A DNA stretch of 64,000 nucleotides. Source: Utricularia gibba. Taxonomy: Eukaryota > Plantae > Magnoliophyta. How positions within the stretch are numbered: the stretch's first letter is position 1; every line of letters starts with the position of its first letter. Below the pieces are notes generated by a model. It was not told where the DNA came from. It made no database searches and was given only the letters and a program-made list of their open reading frames with translations. Of this stretch, positions 52,300-64,000 are shown in pieces. The translations under genes and the position numbers were made by a program. The DNA lies in assembly GCA_002189035.1 (NCBI GenBank), contig NEEC01000018.1:744001-808000 (forward strand), read 5' to 3'.

Positions 52300-52908
52300 A
52301 AGTGTCATTGCTTTACTCTAAACTAGGCCAGCCATAAAAGGCATTGCAGGGCTCCCTTTGATGCCGATATTTTCTCGTTTCTTTACCTTTCGAATTAAAG
52401 TTTGCAAATCTTCATCCATAACAAAACGTTTCATGTCTTCATAGTCGAACCATGCCGGACTCATCTAGGAAATCAACAACAATGTTATTAAGACTGTAAT
52501 AGTTTTATTAGTATCATTGATATTCAAACATGTACTTACCCATCCGATGTCTGACTTAGGTGTAATGGCAAGTGGCGCTTCGATCATAAATAGACGTATG
52601 TAGTAAAGAACATATATGCCACATTCACCCAACCCTGGCTGACGTGGTACCTGTAAATAGATCAATAATTTAGAAGCATATTATTTATACTGATTGTATT
52701 GCATTACGTACCTCCACAGGAATAAGGGGAATGTTCCTAACAGTTTCCTCTTCTAAGGAAGAATTCTCGACCCTAGACTCGTGCACATGCCATATGAACC
52801 TGGATACGTGCATAGGCGACTTAAAACTAAATATTCATATTCTTATAAAGACTCAAAGAGATTCTTACGTTCGTAATTCTTCAGCTTTTATCTCCATCAT
52901 ATTAGTGG
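52300..52908 (-). mobile_element. Ulp1/C48-like protease region of the minus-strand Mutator (downstream of the Gypsy insertion)
   Basis: VPRQPGLGECGIYVLYYIRLF. Joining across the Gypsy TSD gives MLIPCNF...ILYLDSMGSTNMME. Confidence 0.75.
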
Positions 52909-55900
52909 TGTAATGACCGAGAGCTAGAATAGCATGGGAGGGAGTCTTAGTGGCCTTGCCACGAGCCGGCATGTGTCAATCACAACAGGAGAGGTGTGAG
53001 AGGGGCTGTCATGCAATAGGGTGACCACAACGTAGGAAGAAATCAATGGACTTGGCGGCCCTCACCACCATCACGCGGGAGGCATGTGGGGCGCATCGCA
53101 AGGGAGAGGGAAGGGGGAGTTGGGCAGTTGGGCAGGGACACGAGCTGGGGACAGCCTCCACTTGCGACCCGCTCGTGACCGCACGTGCGACCCACCTTCA
53201 AAATTGACCCGCTAAATAGAATTGGGAATGAAATTAGGGCTGGGCTACAAGTTCGAGAGAGGAGTCATGACCCAAGAGGAACAATGGCGCGAACTGGTCG
53301 GAAATAGACGTGCAGTGCGTGGGAGTCACCAGAGGCGGAAGGTAAGTGGCTTAGCTTTGAGTGTCGGTTCGGGCGAGCAGGCGGAGCCTTCGGGCGGGGC
53401 CGGTGAGGACCGAACACTGGCGGCAACTAGGGTCTGCCCGAGGTTGTGGAAGCCTGAGCTTATTGCGAGCGGAGGTGACGTGGGACTCTCCCACGGTCGG
53501 GGAACCAGTTTGCCGGCAACGCAGGCAAGCCGCGGGACGGAAGCCGTGAACCTTCAGGCTGGGGAAACCGAGTGATGACCGAGATAGGGGTTGAGATAAG
53601 GAACGATGTTCCTCTTACTGCGAAAACTAATGCCTTACTTGTTCTCGTGTGTAGATTCGGGGCAGGGGCCGCCGAGAGTCATGTTTTGAGTCAGTGCTTG
53701 TGGCACTGATGGTGCGGGAAGTGCCTTCCCTAGTTCTTAGAATTGTAATATTCTTTTGGCGTGATTATGCACGGGGAGTGCCTCCCCGAAGGTTGCTAAG
53801 TGGCTGGACATATTGGTGCTTGTAAAGGGAAGGGACTTCTCTTGTGATATGTGTTGTAAAATGCTTAGGTTGTAATTACTGTTGATGATTTTTGGCCAAA
53901 CTGTGCTATATTCCTTACATGTGCAGTGTCGGCCACGCTGTAGCGTTACCATGCTCGTTGTGTGGTTGGGGGTATGGGGCATTACATTATGGTATCAGAG
54001 CCAGAATTCTCATCATCGCAACCTCCCAGGTGCCGTGGAACACCCGGTAAGTGGAGTTCGAACTAACGGGTGCAGTTTGACTTTTAGGAGGTAGAGGCAA
54101 CTCAGCACGAGGGGGAGCAGTTCCCTATCGAGAGTCATATGCCACAAACATACGAGAGTACCGAAGGATCAGCTAAATGCATAGAACATTTTGCTATGAA
54201 GGGTGAACTAGAGAAATTAGCAGCAGCTATCCTTGCAGCGGTGAGATCCTCCTCGAGCAGAATGGAGATTGTGAAGTCATCTGAGGAGGAGGAGCGCACA
54301 CATTTCTTGCGCCTCAAGAAGGGGAGGACGCCAACCTTCGGTGGAGGGACCTTGGACGAGGCCGACACATGGCTCATGGAACTGGAGCAGAATATGTGAA
54401 TCCACAATACCCCAAAGGAGTAGCGCAGGAGGATTGCGGTTGATTTCCTGGTAGGTAATGCAACATGCTGGTAGAGGAGTATTGCGAGTATGGGAGTGAA
54501 TGCTGACTAGCCGGCCTTCAAGGAACGTTTTCTCGATAGGGTGTACCCGGCGGTAGTATTGACGCAGAATGTAGCGGATTTGGAGGCTGTCCGACAGAAG
54601 AACGGAGAGACTGTTTATGACTTCTATGCACATTTCCAGGGATTGCTTAGATTTGCCCCGGGACTGATGGACAGCAAATGTTTGGTGACGCTTAAGTTTC
54701 GGCAGGCCCTCCTACCCTGCTTTGAGGGAACGACTCATTTCCGTGGCGGCGAAAAACTTAGAGGAGTTACCACGGGCAGCGCTACTTGTAGAATCTGAAT
54801 TGGGAGCGATTGACGATGTGAGGGGGAAGAGGTACGCTGCAGGCAAGTGGAAGGTTGAGATTAATGTTATAGAGCTGAAGGTGGGAGGAGAAGTGCGCAC
54901 TGGAGGATGCGCTAAGTGCGAGCGCCAACATGGCAGAGAGTGCCACTATGCAGGGACTTGTTTCAGCTGCGGGCAGAAGGGGCATATCGCTCGGAATTTT
55001 CCGGGGAAGGAGGTGAGGACGTCACAGACCACTATGGGACACTTTGGGGGATGCATCTACGAGAAGGACGACAAGGTGATTATAGGTACGCTTCTGCTCT
55101 TGGACACTAATTGCATAGTGTTGTTTGATTGTGGGGCTACACACTCTTTCATTACGAAAGAGCATGCGCAATGAGTGGGAGCGAGAGGTGAAGACCAAGT
55201 CCGAATATTCGAGGCTAGAACGCCAGGGGGTAGGATGCTCTATGGGAGACGAAAACACACCGGCGTGCCGATGAAACTAGGGGTGATAAAAATGGAGGTT
55301 AATCTAATTAAGCTCGATATCATGGAGGTTGATGTCATATTAGGCTTGGATTGGCTTCGACGACACTGGGCAAGTATTGGATGTGCAGAACGTGTAGTCG
55401 AACTGGAGGACTGATGGCGACAGAGGTGGGAGTATAGTCGAAACCAACCCAAGGGGAAGATCGACCGGGGAAAAGTGCGAGGTTTCTAACTGAAAAAAGT
55501 GAGGAGGAACTGACATATGAGGTTAAAGAACTAATCAAGGAATTCCAAGATGTATTTCCCGACGAGCTACCGGGACAAATGCCTGACAGAGAAGTAACCT
55601 TCCATGTGAAACTTATTGGAGATCCAAAACCAATCTCCTGAACACCATACCGCATGACGCCAACTGAGATGAAAGAGTTAAAATTGCAACTAGAGGATTT
55701 GACACAGAAAGGGTTTATTCACCCAAGTACATTGTCCTGGGGAGCCCTAGTGCTCTTTGTGAAGAAAAAAGAGGGTCCTTGAGGCTATGTGTAGACTACC
55801 AAGAATTAAACAAGGTGACAGTTAAGAATCGATATTCCCTACCACGGATCGACGACTTGTTTGACCAAATGAGAGGAGCAACAGTCTTCTCTAAAATTGA

Positions 55901-58859
55901 TCTTCGCTCAGGATATCACCAACTAAAGATTAAAGAAGAGTATATCCCAAAGATCGCATTTAGGACGAGATATGGTCACTACAAGTTCATTGTCCTATCT
56001 TTTGATCTCACGAATGCGCTGGCGGCGTTCATGGACTTAATGAACCGGGTGTTCCAACCCTTCATTGATGACTTATTTTAGTCTACTCTCCGAACTGGGA
56101 CAGCCATTGGGAGCATCTTTGCAAGGTTCTAACAAGGCTGCGAGAGAAGCAATTGTATACAAAGGCAACCAAGTACAAATTTTTCTTGAAGAACATCAGC
56201 TTTTTCGGTCACATCATCAATGGAGAGGGAGTAGTAGTAGACCCGAAGAAGGTAGAGGCCGTCACTGCATGGACAACACCTAGGAATGTGGGTGAGGTGA
56301 AAAGTTTCCTGGGAATGGCGAGATACTATTGTAGATTCATTAAGTCTTTCTCAAAGAAGGCACGACCGCTAATAGAGCTATTGAAGAAGAATCGGGCATT
56401 CGAATGGACAGAGGAGTGCCAGGGCAGCTTTGAGCAACTAAAGGGAGCCTTAACGCAAGTACCTGTCTTGGCACTACCACAAACTGGATTGGACTATGAA
56501 TTGTACACCGATGCTAGCAGAAAAGGGCTAGGGGCCATACTAATGCAAGAAGGATGGGTAATCGCCTATGCATCCAGGCAACTGAAGGACCACAAGAGGA
56601 ACTACCCGGTCCACGACCTTGAGATGGCGGTAGTGATCTTTGAGCTGAAGATATGACGACACTACTTGTATGGTGTACGGTGCGAACTATACATGGACCA
56701 TTAGAGTTTGAAGTATGAGTTCACATAGAACGAGCTGAATATGAGACAACATAGGTGGCTTGATTTAATGAAGGACTACGACTTGGGGGTAAATTATCAC
56801 CCTGGAAAGGCGAACGTAGTGGCAGATGGCCTCAGAAGGAGCTTAAGAGAGGATCTGATACATATAGATATAGAGAGAATAGGACTGGAGGTAGTGGGGA
56901 GAGGAGAGATTCAGACGATAGTCCAAATGGAACCCGCCCTACTTGAGAGGATTTTACGATCGCAAGAGGCCGTGAAGGAGCACCACGTCTATGATAAGGC
57001 ATGTGCCGGATAGGACCCCTTTTCAAAACGAGCAGATGGTCTGATCGTTGCACACAGAAGGATATGAGTGCCAGAAGAAGAATTACAAAGGCTGATATTG
57101 CGAGAAGCTGATGAAGCATGGTATGGAATGCAGCCTGGGGGAACAAAGATGTATAGAGACATTCAAAACACGTATTGGTGGCCAGGAATGAAAAGAGAAA
57201 TTGCAGAATTTGTGAGCTGCTATCAAGTGCCAACGGATCAAAGTAGAACACCAACGACCAGGTGACTCTTGCAATCATTGTAGATACTAGAGTGGAAATG
57301 GGAACAGATAGCAATGGACTTCATGACAAGCTTGCCAAAGACGAGATCTGGACACGACGCTGTTAGGGTAGTAGTGGACAGACTGACGAAGAGTGCCCAT
57401 TTCATCCCGATCCTCTCGAAATAGAGCATCGTGAGATTGGTCCGAGTGTACATCGCAGAAGTAGTGAGACTTCACGGAGTACCTGTGAGCATTGTTTCGT
57501 ATAGAGACGTTAGATTTACATCTTGCTTATGACAAGCACTACAAAGGGCGATGGGGAGCAAACTGACTATGAGCACCGCAATGTATCCACAGACATATGG
57601 TCAATCAAAATGCACAATCCAGACCTTAGAGGATCTGTTGTGGGTAAGCGCCCTACAATTTCTAGGAGATTGGGACGAGAATGTTTTCCTTACAGAGTTT
57701 GCATACAACAACAATCACCAAGCGAGCTTACGAATGTCGCCGTACAAGGCATTGTACGAACGCAAGTGCAAAACCTCGTTGCACTGTGATGAGGTAAGCG
57801 AGCAAGTATTGGCCAGTCATGAACTAATCGAAGAGATGGAGAACAAGGTGAAGGTCATCTGCGAGAGGCTAAAAGTGGCGCCGGAGCCGGCATGTGTCAA
57901 CCGCATTAGGAGAGGTGTGAGAGGGGTTGCCATGCAATAGAGTGACCACAACATGGGAAGAAATCGGTGGACTTGGCAGCCCTCACCACCATCACACGGG
58001 AGGCATGTGGGGCGCATCGCAAGGGAGAGAGAAGGGAGAGTTGGGCAGCTGGGCATAGGATAGCCTCCACCCGCGACCCGCTCGTGACCCACCTCCGAAA
58101 TTGACCCACTAAATAGAATTGGGGATGAAATTATGGCTGGGCTACACATCTGAGAGAGGAGTCGCAACCCAAGAGGAACAATGGCGCGAACTGGTTGGAA
58201 ACGGACGCGCAGCGCACGAGAGTCACCAGAGGCGGCAAAGGTAAGAGGCTAAGCCTTGAGTGTCAGTTCGGGTGAGCAGGCGGAGCCTTCAAGCGGGGCC
58301 CGTGAGGACCGAACACTAGCGACAACTCGGGTCTACCTGAGGTTGTGGAAGTCTGAGCTCATTGCGAGCAGGGGCGACATGGGACTCTCCACGGTTGAGG
58401 ACTCGGTTTACCGGCAACGCGGGCGAGCCACGGGACAGAAGCCATGAGCCTTCGAGCTAGGGAAACTGAGTGACGACCAAGATAGGGGTTGAGATGAGGA
58501 ACGATGTTCCTCCTACCATGAAAACTAATGTCTTACTTGTTCTCATGTGTAGATCCGAACATCGGATCTACCACTAGAGTGGCTGAGGAGGGTGCGCCGA
58601 TGGGATAGTCTGGGCAGGGGTCGCCGAGAGTCATGTTTTGAGTCAACGCTTGTGGCACTAATGGTGTGGGAAGTGCCTTCCCTAGTTCTTGGGATTGTAA
58701 TATGCTTTTGGCGTGATTATGCTTTTGAGTCATGTTATTACTGTTGATGATTTTCGGCCAAGCTGTGCTATATTCCTTACATGAGCTCTCTTGTGCGGTG
58801 TCGGCCGTGCTGTAGCGTTACCATGCTCGTTGTGCGGTTTGAGGGTATGGGGCATTACA
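52909..58859 (+). mobile_element. Degenerate Ty3/Gypsy (Tekay/Del-type) LTR retrotransposon
   Basis: 5' LTR 52909-53986 (TGTAATGACC...GGCATTACA). PBS TGGTATCAGAGCC at 53990-54002. Gag knuckle CFSCGQKGHIA, protease [23 protein letters not shown]...[13 protein letters not shown], RNase [12 protein letters not shown], integrase WWPGMKREIAEFV. 3' LTR about 57884-58859. Flanked by TAGTGG on both sides. Multiple stops and frameshifts. Confidence 0.95.
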
Positions 58860-61800
58860 TAGTGGAGCCCATGGAGTCCAAGTACAAGATGCATTGTTTT
58901 GGTGGTTCAATGGCAGCAAAGTTGCATGGAATTAACATCCAAAAATGATCCCTAAAATGAAAAAGACAAGCTGATTAATGCAAAAAAAAGGATTTGAATA
59001 AGAAGAAGCCAACCTTGAAACTATTGGCACGACAAAGTATGGGGTGGCAAAGGTTTTCCTTCTCAGGAATAGTGGTCCAAGATTCCTGGTTTGATGCTGT
59101 TTAATTGTGTCGTAGTATTGAGAGCTTGTAAACTCATACATTTCTTGAATTGCGAGGGGGAATGATTTGACTATCTTCCTACATCAAATCACTCATGAGC
59201 AATAATCCAAATGTTCAACCATAACTTTGAAAATAAATTAATAATTACGCCAATGTGTAATTTAACATTAGATCGTCGAGCATTCCATATACACGTAAAT
59301 GTGGAGGGCGCTTAATTTTTTCCTTCTTACTTGAGCCTTGAGGCCGTATTTTCTGCTTTGGGTGTGTGGGAGTGGTTGATATTGTACTTTTTAGTTTGCT
59401 TCCATCTCCTATTACAATTTGAACAACAACCTTTGTGTGAGCCTTAACAGACACCTTGGGACCTCCTTCGCCCTCAACATTAGTTCGATGCCTCTTGTTC
59501 GACTGTACAAATAACAAATAAAGTGCAGCAGCAACATAGTAGAATACAATTTGAGTTTATGACAGTGATAACAACCTTTCGGTCATTGATTGCATTGGAA
59601 TCATGTTCTTCTTGAAAATCATACATGCCTTTGGTTTTGATTGGCGATGCCGGTGTTCTTGGTGTGGTAGTCGGAATGCTTGCATCTCTTATACCATCGA
59701 TGACCTGTTTCAAATCGAACAATCTCGTATTTCTCTACAACGATATCAAATTATAAAGGTAGCATAGAAAAAAAAAAGTGTTGTCTTTAATGATTTACCT
59801 CTTACTCAGGTGTATTTCCATCTCAAGAGGTGGTGATTAAGGGGGTTTTTGCGATTTAGACTTTTTTTTACCATAAGAGCGTTCACGCCTCTTCCACAAA
59901 TGTCAATTATTGTTATCATTGATTTATTGACATACCTTAATAGAAGCGTTATCTGGATCATCTTCATTACAGTTGAATTCGAATTTCTTCTTCTCCTTGC
60001 ACCTTCTAGTGTTGTGACCAACTTGGCCACACAAAGAGCATCCTTGTGGAACAAAATTCCCATGCCTGAAATGCTTGCTGTTTTTAGTTACTACACGTTT
60101 CTCATAACACCATCTCAAACGATGCTTCAGTGGTCTACCTCGACACTCTTTACTGTATGTAGGTGGCAACATCATTGTCATGGTGGTGGAAGGTCATCTT
60201 GACTGTCCATGCACATCATGTAGCGAGTAATCATATAGCGCCCTGTATGAGTTTACATAATAGCAGTTGTCCACATAATTGTGCATCGGCCTTTCTAAGT
60301 AGTTAATGATTGTGACAGCATGACAACATGGTATGCCTATCACAATGAATCAACAATACTATTATAGCTGACATTAACAAATCATATATACTTGTGTAAA
60401 TCATGCACAATATTATTAAAAACACATCCTAGCATAATATTTGTGTAACAGACCCACAAAAATCACCTCCATAAATCAGCAACAATGTTACTTTAAAACA
60501 CTTCAATATTCTCAAAAACTACTTTGTTTAGTTATTGTAACAAACCTCCAAAAATATTATCTCAATGAATCAATTATATTGTTGTAGTAAAACACTTCAA
60601 TAAAGTATTAACACACTTAAAAATTCAGGCACAATAATATCAAAAACCAGTATCTGAGCATCAATCAAAAATATTAAAATCTTAATAACATAGAATACAT
60701 ACCTTAAATTTGCCAAATGCCGCAACTACATATTCTATTTGCCAAGTCAACTGTTTCAATGTCTTCGCCTACAAACCACTCCCAACAATCATGGGTGGAG
60801 TTACGTATTTGGCAATCTCGTCATTTCTTGGCCCCTTCTGTCATCACTCCCAAAATGTTAGGGCAGACGACGTTTGCCATACGCGTGGCCTCGGTACGTC
60901 TTGTGAAAATACGCTCGCACAGTAAAACTCGAATTGCCTCTAACAAGGGGATTATCAGCTTCGACCTCGCCCCCAAAAGCGCAACATTGAATGACTCAGT
61001 CATGTTATTCAATAGGGCATCAGACTTGCTAGATGGGCTAAAAAAGGCAATGCGCTAATGCTTGGATGGGATACGTAACATATAGAGATATGGTTTCTCA
61101 TTCATCTTCATCAGTGCACGCATCTCAGCCTTCCATTCGGCTCTGGTGCCTTGTTCCACAATCTTCCTCACGTGACTACATGCATTCACTTTCCTACCAG
61201 GCTTTCCTTTAAGATTCTATTGTATATGCCTAGCGTAGTGACAATGCTACATAAAACAACATCAAATTAACATAAAGTTATCTGATGTGATTGTGTTGAT
61301 TGTAGTTAGAACTACCTCACAGCCTGGAAATAGGTTGGTGACAACTTCCCGAATAGATACATTGCGGTCTGACATAATGCATATTTCATCCAACCTCTCA
61401 ATATTCAAATCATCATGTAACAGATTCAAAAACCACATCCAAGTCACTTTGTCCTCCTTGTCAACAACTGCCCAAGCAAATGGATACGTACCATTATTAG
61501 GATCCAAGCCAACATCAACGAAGATGAAACCAACAGCTTCGGTTCACATGACAAGTGCCGATACCAATAAAGGACCTGCAACAATTCCTCCAGCCTTGGA
61601 TCAATCCTATGGGGTATATGTAACATGCTACATAAAGTTATCTGTAAAACAGCATCAAATTAACATAAAGTTATCTGTAAAAGCAAATGTGATTGTGTTG
61701 ATTGTAGTTAGAACTACCTCACAGCCTGGAAATAGGTTGGTGACAACTTCCCGAATAGATACATTGCGGTCTGACATAATGCATATTTCATCCAACCTCT

Positions 61801-62950
61801 CAATATTCAAATCATCATGTAACAGATTCAAAAACCACATCCAAGTCACTTTGTCCTCCTTGTCAACAACTGCCCAAGCAAATGGATACGTACCATTATT
61901 AGGATCCAAGCCAACATCAACGAAGATGAAACCAACAGCTTCGGTCTTCACATGACAAGTGTCGATACCAATAAAGGACCTGCAACAATTCCTCCAGCCT
62001 TGGATCAATCCTATGGGGTATATGTAACATGCTTTAAATATCTCTTCTCCCTCACTAACAGCTTTTGTGTCGATCACAAAAGTACACCTTGGATTTGACT
62101 GAAGAAATTTCTCCCTATAATCTCTCAAACGACTAAACTGCTCCACACATCAACAAAAAATGATCTCTTTTGCCTTCTTGTGTGCTCGGTACAAAGTTAC
62201 CTTATGAACATCCACGCTGATGGCATCAAAAACCTCCCGATGTAACTCTGAAACCATCATTGCTGGCTTTTGAATGAAACTCCGAAGGAATTTCCTAGCA
62301 ATCCAACCAGATCTTACTTCACGATTTTTCCTAACATGGTGATAATCATCCTTGTGTCGTAGCTCCATATCAGACGTCAACCAAACATTATTGTATTTGT
62401 AGCATGACAACAACACAAACCATGGACATCATTCTACTGGGTTTTGAGAGTTCTCCTGTGAAGAAAACAAATTTAAGGTCTAATATATGACTAATGTCAT
62501 TGTTGTACATAGCAAACACAAACACATGTTACCTCCCCATCATTTGCTACATTTTTGCATGCCATATGCTTCTTACGAGTACTACATACAAACTTGAGAT
62601 ATTGTGCATTATTTTTTGACACATAAAACTCAAACCCCTCTTCAATGCAAAAGTTGGTTAACGCAATCTTAGCCTCTGCCTTTTATGTAAATTGAATACT
62701 CATCCTGCAAGCATTAATACAATAAAGATAAGAGCATCATATATACTACGGTTTCAGATTCATACGAATAGAAAAGTTGTACATTAAATCTTATTCTATC
62801 AAATGTCCATCAGGCCGAAATGTGGGGTAATTCGGATCTGAGAATGAATTTATTTCATCAGCACCTCCCATATAAGGAATAATTTGTAGTTCACGTACAT
62901 TCCAATCTTCCTCCTTGACAAGTTGCCACTCTTCAAAAGGAAGTTTCGAA
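58860..62950 (-). mobile_element. Degenerate Mutator (MuDR/MULE/SWIM) transposase region
   Basis: FIGIDTCHVK...GLDPNNGTYPFAWAVVDKEDKVTWMWFL...ICIMSDR (MULE), NNMTESFN, SWIM remnant CHAVTII, knuckle CSLCGQVGHNTRRC. The element likely spans about 51.1 kb to the right edge. Confidence 0.9.
61286..62033. repeat. Near-identical local direct duplication (~345 bp x2) inside the Mutator transposase
   Basis: 61286-61629 vs 61688-62033. Differences seen: a 2-bp indel and one substitution near 61545-61560. Confidence 0.95.
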
Positions 62951-64000
62951 TTTGTATCATCCTCGCTCTAGTTGATGCCGTCATCGGTATTTCCAAAGTC
63001 ATCATTTTCAACAATAGGAATATCATTGATATCCTCATTTATTTGATACATTGTCGATAAAGAACCCCCTCACCTAAACATTATAGTAATTTCATAAACA
63101 CTATAAATGAAAATGAAATATCATAAACATTATAACCATCTCACTACTTAGATGATAGTGTTATGATAATCTAGCACGAAAAATAGGCATAAGCAAATAA
63201 GTAGAAAGAAATATGAAAGAAGCATAACATAGAACGGTTGGTTGTATATAACAACAGTGGAAAATGAGACTTTATTGCTACAAAATGAGTTTCATACCTC
63301 AAGTGTGGTACATGATTGAGTAGTGGAATCCCTATTGCAAAAAGAAAAAAAATGCAATTCATATCTACATAAGGTTAATGAAAAAAAATTGATCTTTAGT
63401 CATACTTTGACCATCAATTTCAGGAACAAAATAAAAACAATATCATAATATCATCAAATATTTCTTTAAGAAATCAAATAATCACTTGGTATGATAAACT
63501 GATGGATTTAACAGTATATGGGTAACTTCTTCAAACTAACTCATACTAAAGAAAAGAACAAATCTTTATAGATGAGTAACAACCTACACATGAAAAGCAT
63601 TCCAATGGAATTTGCATTTCTATAAAAATGAACAAACACGAGAAGACATTTTTCTTAACATTCATGAATGCACAATGCTCACAAAAGATGCACCACTGAG
63701 TTAAAACCCTAAAAATCGAAGCCTTTTAATACTCCAGGGCAGGGCGACGCGATTTTGAAGTTGTTGTCTTCTTTGTACATCTATCTTTTACCAAGCTTTC
63801 ATGGATGGATTGAATGGGAATGGGAGGGAGACAACGGCAATTGTATATGTGAAGTAAATGCATCAAATTTAATCGGCCAAATTTGGGCTTTCAGATTCAA
63901 TTAGGGAACCTAAATCTTAATAAAATCAAAAACATATTCTATGATTATCTTAATTGTGTTTTGAAATTTTTGTGTGCCAATCTATAATATAGCTATCAAA

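Noticed and set aside
61287-61955. 222-aa plus-strand ORF with an internal repeat
   Set aside because: Antisense to the Mutator transposase and produced by the local duplication.

Overview
This is AT-rich plant nuclear DNA with a gene-containing left half (1-36 kb) and a nested transposon pile in the right half (36-64 kb). Four host genes are supported. (1) A plastid ABC1/AarF atypical kinase on the minus strand, with 20 coding exons mapped; it runs off the left edge and resembles Arabidopsis At1g71810/ABC1K5. (2) An intronless RING-H2 gene at 8171-8692. (3) An intronless gene of the uncharacterised At1g78110/At1g22230-like family at 14922-15752. (4) A 6-exon At1g78140-like (UbiE-related) methyltransferase on the minus strand at 31000-32533. 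Most of the rest is degenerate TE sequence: two same-family solo LTRs with intact TSDs, a PIF/Harbinger, several Copia remnants, a hAT, an Angela-type Copia 5' half, a Tekay-type Gypsy, two Ulp1-protease-carrying Mutator elements and several MITEs. I found no tRNA, rRNA, CRISPR, organellar insert or recognisable conserved miRNA, and I cannot honestly claim a new biological system. The best leads are the RING gene boxed in by two convergent solo LTRs, a methyltransferase whose transit-peptide-like N-terminus lies upstream of its first AUG, an obligatory GC-AG intron, a 13-bp motif repeated at exact 30-bp phase, and two unexplained GC-rich structured islands. All homology statements are from memory or by eye; no searches were run.
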